Source: a virus (lineage: Duplodnaviria; Heunggongvirae; Uroviricota; Caudoviricetes). Taken from it: a stretch of DNA of 64,000 nucleotides. The notes beneath the pieces are model-generated. The model was not told the DNA's origin, did not search any database, and was given only the letters and a program-made list of their open reading frames with translations. Location of the stretch: IMG/VR virus record IMGVR_UViG_3300028920_001939. One strand, written 5' to 3'. A program made the translations under genes and the position numbers. Below, piece by piece: positions 27,706-35,904 of this stretch (position 1 is the first letter of the stretch; each line of letters starts with the position of its first letter).

Positions 27706-30210
27706 ATGAAGAAGAATATAAGTAAATTGATAATACTAATGCTATTGTTTAACTTACTGTTTGTAGGATTTATATCTGAAGTAAATGCTACAGGCACCAC
27801 AACTTTAGTGATAGATCCAGAGAATACAAATGTAACTATAGGTGATTCTTTTATTGTTTATATCAATGCTACAATTGATACTGATGATGATATAGGTGGA
27901 TTTGAGATAACATTTTTCAATTTTACTTCTGGTGTTGTGAATATCACTAAAGTTAATGAAGGTGATGTGTTTGACGCATATCCATCTTTATTTGATCCAG
28001 GTGATATCTATAATGATACAGGTAACGTAACAGATTCTTATGGTGCTATATTGGGAGTTGAAAATGTATCTGGTGCCAAATCTCTTGTTTATTATAATAT
28101 ATTAGCATACGGCGTAGGCGTATCACCTATCAATTTTAGTGCTGTTTTATCTTATAGTGAAAATACTTTTATTCATACTGATAGTTTTGGTAACATAACT
28201 GTTCATCCAGAATCTATTACAGGCGCAACTGCAACTAATCATTCACATAACAGAATCAATTTAACTTGGGATACGCCATTCGGGAATGGAACTGATAAAT
28301 GTGTAGTATTCGCCAATTCTACTGGAAGTGCTGCTTCAAGAAGTCCAGGTGATGAAATTTACAACGGAACAAGTGATCATTATAATCATACAGGTTTAGA
28401 TCCTAATCAACAATGGAATTATTCTTTCTGGGGTTGGAATGAAACTGCTAGATTGTATTCAATGCTATTTCAACAAGATTCTAACACAACACAAACTTCT
28501 CCAGGTACTAATACTTGGATAATTTTAGGTGATGCAACACCGGCAACTGGTTCAACTTACGCTTATAAAACATCGCAAGAAGTTAATATCACTATAATAG
28601 GCGGTTATCTTACAGATACAATACAACCTATAACACATGGAGCTTTTGGGGGAGCATCAGATGAATTGCCACATCAATATATCTGTTATATGAATATAAC
28701 ATTTGGCGCAACACAATATAATGAAACAGAAGATTATATTTTAGATAGATACAATGGTGTTGTTGATTGGTCTCCTGCTGGAGATGAACCAGCGCCTGGT
28801 GCATCTTATTCAGCAAATTACACATACATATACAATACAGATTCATCATTCAAGTATTGGATTAACACAACAGCAGGGCAAAAAACAGAATCATCTGTTA
28901 ATTCTGGTTATAAAACTTATACAATGAGTGGTCTTACAGGTGGAACTGAATGGTGGAATGTTACTGCTGTATTTGATGGGAATAAAACCCAAGGCAATTA
29001 TTCGTTTGATATCAATCGAAAACCAAGAGGCGGTGGGGATGGAGGAGATTGGAATGAGGATCCTGAAAATTCAGCGCCTTCTGTTTCTGTATCAACAGCA
29101 TTAGCAGTAGATGTTGAAGATTTAGATGGCGATACTGTAAATGTAACTTTCTATTGGCAAAACGATACTCGAATAGATAACGATACTGTTGCTGGAGCAG
29201 GAACTGCTTCTGTTAATCCTTCAACTTTAGATTACAATACAGAATACGGCTGGTATGTGATTGCTGATGATTTTACTGATACAACAAGAGGACCCACAGC
29301 TGGGTATTGGACTTTTAATACATCTTCGTTGGGTATCAATCTAACAAAAGAATGGGTTTTAAATCCTGAAAACAACACTATAAGAAGTTGGATTAATGTA
29401 ACTAATACTGGTACTGCTAACTTAACAGGCGTTAATATATGGGATAGAGAATGCCACGGCTTGAACCTTGTTAGTTATAATAATTCAGTTGATTTTTCAG
29501 GCAACGGTCATTGGAATTGGGAAGCTGCTTATCTTAACATATCAGGTTATGATAATCACACTTACAAGATAACTATGTTACATGAATATTATACACTTGT
29601 GCCTTTAGCAAATGGTAGTGAAGTTTGGAATTATGCAAACGTATCACATCTCGGTCAAACATCTGGACAGAATGTATCTGGCTACTTTGTGGGATTTACT
29701 GCAACTAAAGAAGCAAACGTATCAAAGATGAATAGCACAATACTTGATGTAACGTGGTGGATAAATATCACTAATTCAGGTGATTTCAATCTTACAAATG
29801 TAACAGTAAACGAAACCTATGATGATTTTATCAATTATACAAGTAGTAATGTTGATCCTTTTGATGAATCTAATGTTACGTTTGTTATACCATTTATTAA
29901 GCCAAGTGAAACATTTAGTTTAATGGTTAATATATCTGCGACACCTAACTCAATAACTAATGGTTCAACAGTTTATAACAATATCACTATACGTTCTGAC
30001 CAGTTAGAAGAACAAACATTTAGTGAATCTTTGAGTTATGGTGGACGTACTGAAACTTTGAGAATTACATACGACACGACCTTGACCGATGTATCAGTAT
30101 ATGGAGATTCGTTGGTAATTATAATAGGCGTATTACTAACAATCTCTGCTTTGCTGATAGTAGTTGGATTGTTGTATAAATTCGGTTATCTCGGGAGAGG
30201 TGAGCAATAG
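27706..30210 (+). CDS. Large secreted glycoprotein (834 aa) with FN3 and C-terminal TM anchor
   Basis: Signal peptide (VNA/TG). FN3 (...NHTGLDPNQQWNYSFWGW). Many sequons. C-terminal TM LVIIIGVLLTISALLIVVGLLYKFGYLGRGEQ. Confidence 0.7.
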   Translation: MKKNISKLIILMLLFNLLFVGFISEVNATGTTTLVIDPENTNVTIGDSFIVYINATIDTDDDIGGFEITFFNFTSGVVNITKVNEGDVFDAYPSLFDPGDIYNDTGNVTDSYGAILGVENVSGAKSLVYYNILAYGVGVSPINFSAVLSYSENTFIHTDSFGNITVHPESITGATATNHSHNRINLTWDTPFGNGTDKCVVFANSTGSAASRSPGDEIYNGTSDHYNHTGLDPNQQWNYSFWGWNETARLYSMLFQQDSNTTQTSPGTNTWIILGDATPATGSTYAYKTSQEVNITIIGGYLTDTIQPITHGAFGGASDELPHQYICYMNITFGATQYNETEDYILDRYNGVVDWSPAGDEPAPGASYSANYTYIYNTDSSFKYWINTTAGQKTESSVNSGYKTYTMSGLTGGTEWWNVTAVFDGNKTQGNYSFDINRKPRGGGDGGDWNEDPENSAPSVSVSTALAVDVEDLDGDTVNVTFYWQNDTRIDNDTVAGAGTASVNPSTLDYNTEYGWYVIADDFTDTTRGPTAGYWTFNTSSLGINLTKEWVLNPENNTIRSWINVTNTGTANLTGVNIWDRECHGLNLVSYNNSVDFSGNGHWNWEAAYLNISGYDNHTYKITMLHEYYTLVPLANGSEVWNYANVSHLGQTSGQNVSGYFVGFTATKEANVSKMNSTILDVTWWINITNSGDFNLTNVTVNETYDDFINYTSSNVDPFDESNVTFVIPFIKPSETFSLMVNISATPNSITNGSTVYNNITIRSDQLEEQTFSESLSYGGRTETLRITYDTTLTDVSVYGDSLVIIIGVLLTISALLIVVGLLYKFGYLGRGEQ

Positions 30211-30223
30211 GCAAGAAAAATAT

Positions 30224-30247
30224 GTGGTCTCTCGAAAGAGGGACCAC
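30224..30247 (+). terminator. Stem-loop with GAAA tetraloop after the glycoprotein block
   Basis: gtggtctctc-GAAA-gagggaccac lies 14 nt after the stop of the 27706-30210 gene. No clear oligo-T follows. Confidence 0.3.
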
Positions 30248-30272
30248 CTTTCCTCCAAATGAGGTGTAAGAT

Positions 30273-31073
30273 ATGAAAAAGGTAAAAATAATAGAAGTAA
30301 AGCCGATGAAAATAAATTGGGTAAACGAAAGACATGATACAGATGGTGATATGATACCAAACTACTTTGATTGTAATCCTTGGAATCCTAATGAGCAAGG
30401 TTGGTTACACGATACTATAGATAAATTAAAAGATAGACATTCTGAAGTTAAGCAAATGAAAAAAGAAAGAAAAGGTAAAGAAGCTTATTTTTCTGCTGCT
30501 AAACAAGATGCACAACAACATGCACAAGTAGAAGCTGAAATACAAAAACAAGTTGATAGAGCAAAAAAACCTGTTTATCTATATGCAAAGATGGGAGATC
30601 CAAGATTGAAAGGTGGATTAAAATGGTATTTTATTGGTGGTTACGAAAGAGGCAATATCAATCAAGTTGTAAGAGAGTTATCATCACGACAAAATGTGCA
30701 CGGTGTTGAATCATCTGATAGAGCAGATATGGAAGGTTATCTTAATAGAAGGGATTTCGGTGAAGCAGTTAAGAAATATGGTAGTGAAAGATGGACTGGT
30801 AAAGATAAAGAAGGTAAAAAAGTTTATAGTGGTTGGAAAGAAAATGTAGAAAGAGGTTTAATGTCAAAAGATAAACAAGAAAGATTGAAAAGATTGAAAT
30901 CTTATCAAAAGAGGTTAGCTATTGAAAGAGCAATCACCGGTGCGCCACAAGTTATTGTGCATACAGGTGATGAATTTAATAGTATAGTAAGTAATAGGCG
31001 TCCTAAAAAAAGGATGATTTATCAAACGTATCCCCCAAGAATGAGAGGGGAAGAAAATATAGGAGGTGAATAG
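30273..31073 (+). CDS. KIIPVK-DTDGDG-DCxPWNP N-terminal family protein (266 aa)
   Basis: MKKVKIIEVKPMKINWVNERHDTDGDMIPNYFDCNPWNPNEQ, a TSP3-like Ca-binding motif in the N-terminus. The rest is Lys-rich. Confidence 0.55.
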   Translation: MKKVKIIEVKPMKINWVNERHDTDGDMIPNYFDCNPWNPNEQGWLHDTIDKLKDRHSEVKQMKKERKGKEAYFSAAKQDAQQHAQVEAEIQKQVDRAKKPVYLYAKMGDPRLKGGLKWYFIGGYERGNINQVVRELSSRQNVHGVESSDRADMEGYLNRRDFGEAVKKYGSERWTGKDKEGKKVYSGWKENVERGLMSKDKQERLKRLKSYQKRLAIERAITGAPQVIVHTGDEFNSIVSNRRPKKRMIYQTYPPRMRGEENIGGE

Positions 31074-31388
31074 ATGAAAATGAAAAAAATAAAAATAATA
31101 CCAGTAAAGTGGATACCAGACAAGCATGACACAGATGGAGATGGTGTACCAAACTACAAAGATTGTGTACCTTGGGACTCAAAAAGGCAACACTTTAAGC
31201 CATTCGGTGTTTATTCTATAGGTAACAACAGATACGCAGTATATCAACAGCAATTAATGGGTGCTGGTTATGTAAAGAGAGGCAAACCATTATTTGTTGG
31301 CACCGAATACGAAGCGAAGCAGTTTATAAATCAGATACCCGTAAATCCAGAAAGTTACGACGCTGAAACATCTATATTCGAGAGGTAA
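31074..31388 (+). CDS. KIIPVK-DTDGDG-DCxPW family protein (104 aa)
   Basis: MKMKKIKIIPVKWIPDKHDTDGDGVPNYKDCVPWDSKRQH. Confidence 0.5.
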   Translation: MKMKKIKIIPVKWIPDKHDTDGDGVPNYKDCVPWDSKRQHFKPFGVYSIGNNRYAVYQQQLMGAGYVKRGKPLFVGTEYEAKQFINQIPVNPESYDAETSIFER

Positions 31389-31394
31389 TAGAAA

Positions 31395-31577
31395 ATGAAG
31401 GCGAAATTCACAATAGAATTAGAAGCAGATAAAGAAGAAATAAATGATTTCGTGAAGAACATAAATCATTTTGTGCATAGACGTGATAATATACTCATAG
31501 ATGTAAAACCAGTTGGCGGTTATATACCAAGATTCTATTTACCCAAAAGAAATTATTTAAAAATAAAAGGGAGGTGA
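31395..31577 (+). CDS. Hypothetical small protein
   Basis: 60-aa ORF. Confidence 0.3.
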   Translation: MKAKFTIELEADKEEINDFVKNINHFVHRRDNILIDVKPVGGYIPRFYLPKRNYLKIKGR

Positions 31578-31583
31578 TAATAT

Positions 31584-31733
31584 ATGGCAAGAAAAAGAAT
31601 TGTAGCAACAAGTGCTAAATCAGCTCGTAGAAAAGCAGGTGGAAAAACAATTGTTGTTACAAAAGTCAATTATATCAAAGGTTCTAAAAAAGGCAACAAA
31701 AAGACCTATGATGTAACTACTAAAAAGAAATAA
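31584..31733 (+). CDS. Small basic protein (possible nucleic-acid binding)
   Basis: Not in the track (49 aa). MARKRIVATSAKSARRKAGGKTIVV..., pI clearly basic. GGGAGGTGA SD upstream. Confidence 0.35.
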   Translation: MARKRIVATSAKSARRKAGGKTIVVTKVNYIKGSKKGNKKTYDVTTKKK

Positions 31734-31782
31734 GGATTTATTTATAGTTTGAACAAAAAAATAAATAGGAGGTAGTAGCCAA

Positions 31783-31887
31783 TGAAAAAGAAAAATAAAT
31801 ACACAAAAGCCGAACATAAAAAAGCAGCTAAAAAAGCTTGGCGTACACGCCGAAAGAAATACGGCAAAAACGGCGTACGAGGTTAAG
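31783..31887 (+). CDS. Very basic mini-protein (34 aa)
   Basis: MKKKNKYTKAEHKKAAKKAWRTRRKKYGKNGVRG. AGGAGGT SD upstream. T-rich terminator-like tract (gcttttttgtttg) follows. Confidence 0.3.
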
Positions 31888-32031
31888 CTTTTTTGTTTGT
31901 AAGTGGGGTTGATAAAACCCTTCTTCTGTTGTCAATCCCATTTACCTGCTAAAATATCAACGAAAAGTATATACTTAACGTGTTAGAAATCCATTACCGT
32001 GGATCTTTATATCAGTAAAGTTGAAAAAACT

Positions 32032-32454
32032 ATGGAATATAGAAAAATTAATTCAAAATACATTGATGATATTCTCAAACTTGATAGTAGATTTGGATCT
32101 CCTTGGTCAAGAGGACTTTATTTAGATAGATTATCAATGTTTCCCGATTTATCATATGGTGTTTTTAAAAATGGTAAACTTATTGGGTTTATTTTAGGCA
32201 AAAAAGAACCTATTGGTAATATCAAGATTAGTAGATTGGTTGTTGATGAGAAATACGAAGGTCGTGGCATAGGCGGACATTTAGTTGATGTTTTAACTAA
32301 AAAAGCTGATGAGAAAACGAAGAAGATGAGATCTATTATTCGTGAAAGTAACAAACGCTCAATCAAGTTGCATAAGCACCGTGGTTTTGAGATTTATGAT
32401 TATCATACTTATAAAGATGGTGAAAAAGGAATTAAATTTTTAAAGAGGTTATGA
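32032..32454 (+). CDS. GNAT-family N-acetyltransferase
   Basis: Acetyl-CoA binding motif A (LVVDEKYEGRGIGGHLVDVL = h..hhV...Y.G.GIG..Lh). Track start 31999 is GTG; the ATG at 32032 is more likely. Confidence 0.55.
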   Translation: MEYRKINSKYIDDILKLDSRFGSPWSRGLYLDRLSMFPDLSYGVFKNGKLIGFILGKKEPIGNIKISRLVVDEKYEGRGIGGHLVDVLTKKADEKTKKMRSIIRESNKRSIKLHKHRGFEIYDYHTYKDGEKGIKFLKRL

Positions 32455-32455
32455 A

Positions 32456-32632
32456 ATGAAATGGTTTGTAATGAAAAAAGTGGATGAAATATCACATTAT
32501 GGTTATAGTGAAATAGTTTATCATAAAGCAAGTAAGTATTTCTCAACTAAAAAGAAAGCGCAAAATGAAATGAAGAAAATGAAAAAGAAACATCCAAAAA
32601 CATATTATAAAATAGGTGGTGAACCTGAATGA
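32456..32632 (+). CDS. Small basic protein
   Basis: Not in the track (58 aa). ...KKKAQNEMKKMKKKHPKTYYKIGG. Confidence 0.3.
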   Translation: MKWFVMKKVDEISHYGYSEIVYHKASKYFSTKKKAQNEMKKMKKKHPKTYYKIGGEPE

Positions 32633-33021
32633 AGAAGATAAAAGTTATACCAATTAAATTGAATTTAGATACAGATGGCGATGGAGTTAAGGATTGTAAG
32701 GACTGTAAACCTTTCAACCCATATAAGCAACACACGAAGAAATGGAAAGAAAAGATGTTGAAAGAAGAACGATTCAAACGAGAACACGCTGATGATATAA
32801 TATGGCATTTAGATAGGGGATTTTCTGAAGGACAAGCATTAACAAGAATGAAAAAGAAACGAAGTTCTAATCTTGAAAAACTAATATCAAGGCACGAAAG
32901 AATATCAAAGATACCTAATGCAACTGCTTTTTGTGGTGATGATATAAGAAGAACAAAAGATGTTGTTATGTATATTCACGATAATAAATTGAAAGATTTA
33001 GGTTCAGAGATAAGATTATGA
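32629..33021 (+). CDS. KIIPVK-DTDGDG-DCKPFNP family protein (130 aa)
   Basis: MKKIKVIPIKLNLDTDGDGVKDCKDCKPFNPYKQH. ATGA overlap. Confidence 0.5.
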   Translation: MKKIKVIPIKLNLDTDGDGVKDCKDCKPFNPYKQHTKKWKEKMLKEERFKREHADDIIWHLDRGFSEGQALTRMKKKRSSNLEKLISRHERISKIPNATAFCGDDIRRTKDVVMYIHDNKLKDLGSEIRL

Positions 33022-33272
33022 AAACGATAAAGAGATTGGGATTGGAGAAAGAGTTTGAAGCATGGAAAAAAGATATACTTGATAAAAGACCTTTGGTTTT
33101 GGATGATTTTAAGATTGGTGATAAAGTATTGTTTGTGAGAGGAGATATACCTAATAGTCCATTTTTGAATAAGAAAGGAAAAGTTATAGGAAAAACTGGT
33201 AACCTTCTTCTTGTAGACCTAGAAGGATATGGAGAAGGTAACTTTTATCCTTATAAATTTAAGTTGATATAA
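33018..33272 (+). CDS. LGLEKEF-KOW family protein, array copy 1
   Basis: MKTIKRLGLEKEFEAWKKDI followed by the KOW/SH3-like motif IGDKVLFVRGDIPNSPFLNKKGKVIGK. Confidence 0.6.
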   Translation: MKTIKRLGLEKEFEAWKKDILDKRPLVLDDFKIGDKVLFVRGDIPNSPFLNKKGKVIGKTGNLLLVDLEGYGEGNFYPYKFKLI

Positions 33273-33457
33273 TGACCCAAAGAAAACGTGTTAAGATAGA
33301 ACAAACACCGAATTATATCATATACAGATATGGCTATCTTAATGATGCTCGAAAGAAACAAGAACAGTTGGAGAATGAATATGGTTACGAATTTGATATA
33401 TACAAAGAGAAATTTAAAGGCGGTTATGATTATTTTATAGCGGAGCCCATAAGATGA
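33272..33457 (+). CDS. Hypothetical small protein inside the array
   Basis: 61-aa ORF. Tyr-rich. ATGA-type overlap. Confidence 0.35.
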   Translation: MTQRKRVKIEQTPNYIIYRYGYLNDARKKQEQLENEYGYEFDIYKEKFKGGYDYFIAEPIR

Positions 33458-33747
33458 GTAAAGATACAATTAAGCGATTAGGATTAGAAAAAGAATTCAA
33501 AAAGTGGATGATAGATATAAATAAACCTGTTAAATTTAGAGCAGGCGATAGAGTTATGATAACAGGTAAAGCAGAATCACACAAACATGGATTTACTGAT
33601 AGTTGGGTTAGAGAAATGGATAACACGATAGGAACTGTGGGCACAATAAGAGAAATTGATGAAAGTGGTAATGTCGCAGTATTTTTTACATATGAATATA
33701 ACTATTTTTGGTATCCTAAATTTGTTTTGAAAAAGGTTGAAAGATGA
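33454..33747 (+). CDS. LGLEKEF-KOW family protein, array copy 2
   Basis: MSKDTIKRLGLEKEFKKWMIDI then AGDRVMITGKAESHK. Confidence 0.6.
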   Translation: MSKDTIKRLGLEKEFKKWMIDINKPVKFRAGDRVMITGKAESHKHGFTDSWVREMDNTIGTVGTIREIDESGNVAVFFTYEYNYFWYPKFVLKKVER

Positions 33748-34151
33748 AATTCATAAGAGCAACAGATAGCAGTAAATACAAGAAATCCCGTAGATTAACC
33801 TATATGAAACCATCTGAATTTCTCGATTTATCACTTCCACAAAAACCCACTAAAAGTAAATACGATTCTCAATATTACGAAAAAGAATCACTTGATAATC
33901 TCGAAAAGCGTATGAAGCGTGGGTTAGAGATAGATGCGCCTTCTTTTGATGTTGATATCAAACACAAGGCAATCGTTGGTCACGCTGGACGACATCGTGC
34001 TTTTACAGCACATAAGTTGGGAATATCAAAGATACCTGTTTATGTGTATTACAAAGAAGGTCCCTATTATATTGAGCAGTTAGGCACAAATATCAAAGAT
34101 GTTGAGAAATTTAAACCGAAAAGTGAGTTGTTTGGGTTGCATTTGAAATGA
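33744..34151 (+). CDS. ParB/Srx-like domain protein (tentative)
   Basis: AIVGHAGRHRAFTAHKLGISKIPVYV resembles the G(R/H)HR..A motif of ParB N-terminal/sulfiredoxin domains. Called by eye only. Confidence 0.35.
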   Translation: MKFIRATDSSKYKKSRRLTYMKPSEFLDLSLPQKPTKSKYDSQYYEKESLDNLEKRMKRGLEIDAPSFDVDIKHKAIVGHAGRHRAFTAHKLGISKIPVYVYYKEGPYYIEQLGTNIKDVEKFKPKSELFGLHLK

Positions 34152-34402
34152 AAACTATAAAAAGATTAGGATTAGAAAAAGAGTTCAAGAATTGGTTAAA
34201 AGATATTAAAGATAATCCTTTTAGAAGAAATCAAAGACTTGAATTGATGAATATGGAAGATATGCCAAGAAGAATGTTTAAAGGTCAAATGGTACGAGTT
34301 GTTGCAACAGATTATGGAGATAATGTTTTACTTTATAGTGAAGGCAGAACTTTTAGATTTCCAAAAAAAGAGATGAAGAAGCATTTTAAGGTGTTATATT
34401 GA
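34148..34402 (+). CDS. LGLEKEF-KOW family protein, array copy 3
   Basis: MKTIKRLGLEKEFKNWLKDI...KGQMVRVV. Confidence 0.6.
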   Translation: MKTIKRLGLEKEFKNWLKDIKDNPFRRNQRLELMNMEDMPRRMFKGQMVRVVATDYGDNVLLYSEGRTFRFPKKEMKKHFKVLY

Positions 34403-34662
34403 AAAAGAATATTATCAAGAAACTTGGTATGGAAAAAGAATTCAAAAATTGGGTTAAGAATATAGAATCAAGACAAGGTATAGATATCGGTTCAAGAGTT
34501 GAGTTAATTGAAAATTTTAGAATATATCCTATAGGAGCAAAAGGCACCGTTAAAGGTTCTAAACCTTCTAGATTAGAACCTGGAATAAGATTACTTACAG
34601 TATCACTTGATAATTATGAAACTACACATATTTATGATAAGAGGTTCAAGTTGATAAAATGA
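34399..34662 (+). CDS. LGLEKEF-KOW family protein, array copy 4
   Basis: KKLGMEKEFKNWVKNI...GSRVELIENFRIYPIGAKGTVKG. Confidence 0.6.
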   Translation: MKKNIIKKLGMEKEFKNWVKNIESRQGIDIGSRVELIENFRIYPIGAKGTVKGSKPSRLEPGIRLLTVSLDNYETTHIYDKRFKLIK

Positions 34663-34955
34663 AGAAAAAGAAAAACACTTTGAAGCGATTGGGTATGGAA
34701 AAAGAATTTAACAATTGGGTTAAAGATATTCGTTCAAAGCCAAGAATGCAAGTTGGTTCAAGAGTAAGAATAAAAGAAAATGTTAAAAGATATAATTTAA
34801 CAACACCATTTAGTGAAGGTGTTATTGTTGAATATGAGCCGGTTACTTCATCAATGTGGATAAAATTTGATAAACTTACTTGCCCAAGAGAAAGATTAAG
34901 TGAAACATCACGAAGGAAATTTCAGATTGAAAAAAGATATGTTGAATTGATATGA
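34659..34955 (+). CDS. LGLEKEF-KOW family protein, array copy 5
   Basis: LKRLGMEKEFNNWVKDI...VGSRVRIKENVK. Confidence 0.6.
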   Translation: MKKKKNTLKRLGMEKEFNNWVKDIRSKPRMQVGSRVRIKENVKRYNLTTPFSEGVIVEYEPVTSSMWIKFDKLTCPRERLSETSRRKFQIEKRYVELI

Positions 34956-35254
34956 AGAAAAGCAACACGTTAAAACGATTGGGATTAGAAAAGGAATTTG
35001 CTAATTGGTTAGTTGATATCAGAAAACGAGAAAGCGGATTTAAAATAGGGGATAAAGTTTTTTTGAATATACCTAATAAATCTTTTGAAGATTATTGGAA
35101 ATATTATGGTGTTCGTAGTGGATCTGAAGGAACTATTGAAAGAGATGCAGGAAAATGTTCAATTCATGGAGAAAATAAAGAATGTTATCAAATTGACTTC
35201 GGTAGACGTATGTTATATGTGCCAAAAAATCAGTTGAGGAGGCGAAATTATTAG
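34952..35254 (+). CDS. LGLEKEF-KOW family protein, array copy 6
   Basis: LKRLGLEKEFANWLVDI...IGDKVFLNIPNK. Confidence 0.6.
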   Translation: MKKSNTLKRLGLEKEFANWLVDIRKRESGFKIGDKVFLNIPNKSFEDYWKYYGVRSGSEGTIERDAGKCSIHGENKECYQIDFGRRMLYVPKNQLRRRNY

Positions 35255-35504
35255 CAAAAATACATTAAAAAAACTTGGATTAGAAAAAGAATTCGCAAAT
35301 TGGAAGAAAACAATTAACGATAAAGTTGAATTATCATTTGATAAACTTACTGTTGGTACTAAATTTGAAGTAATAAAAGGACCCTTTAAAGGAGAAAGAG
35401 GTATAATTAAGAGTAGAACTCCTTCTATTTGTTATTGTGATATTGGTGAAGATGTTGATGTTACTTTAGAAAAAGAAACTTTTGATTATATTAAGATTTT
35501 ATAA
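35250..35504 (+). pseudogene. LGLEKEF-KOW family, array copy 7, lacking a canonical start codon (ATT in place of ATG)
   Basis: Frame reads ...I-I-S-K-N-T-L-K-K-L-G-L-E-K-E-F-A-N-W-K-K-T-I...VGTKFEVIKGPFKGERGIIK (textbook KOW GxxKGxxGxV). There is no ATG/GTG/TTG between the upstream in-frame stop at 35235-35237 and the motif. ATT sits where the paralogues have ATG, overlapping the upstream stop. Confidence 0.45.
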
Positions 35505-35593
35505 TTTTTTAAAAACCGATACCATTATAACGGTAACTGCCTATATATAGATTACTATATAGAAAAAATATAGTTGATATATAGGGTGTTTCT

Positions 35594-35899
35594 ATGGAAG
35601 TAAAAAAAATATCTATGGATATTCCCGTTGAAGATTATAATTGGTTAAAAGACGAGAATATCAATATGACCGAACTTTTTAAAGGGGCTATTGAAAGAGT
35701 AAGATACAATAAAACAGAAAAAGTATCGCCATTGATGTTTTTAGCATCAATAATGGGAATTGTTTTCTCTATTGCATTGATTGGAATAGGTTTAACACCA
35801 ACACCAATACATTTTTTCACAAGAGGTTTCTTGTGTGTGTTGGGAGGAGTTATGGCAGTATCAACCATGACAGCATATATAAGAAGTAAAAGGAAATAA
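35594..35899 (+). CDS. Membrane protein (soluble N-terminus plus 2 TM)
   Basis: 101-aa ORF preceded by an AT-rich region with TATATAG repeats. Confidence 0.45.
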   Translation: MEVKKISMDIPVEDYNWLKDENINMTELFKGAIERVRYNKTEKVSPLMFLASIMGIVFSIALIGIGLTPTPIHFFTRGFLCVLGGVMAVSTMTAYIRSKRK

Positions 35900-35904
35900 G
35901 TAGT

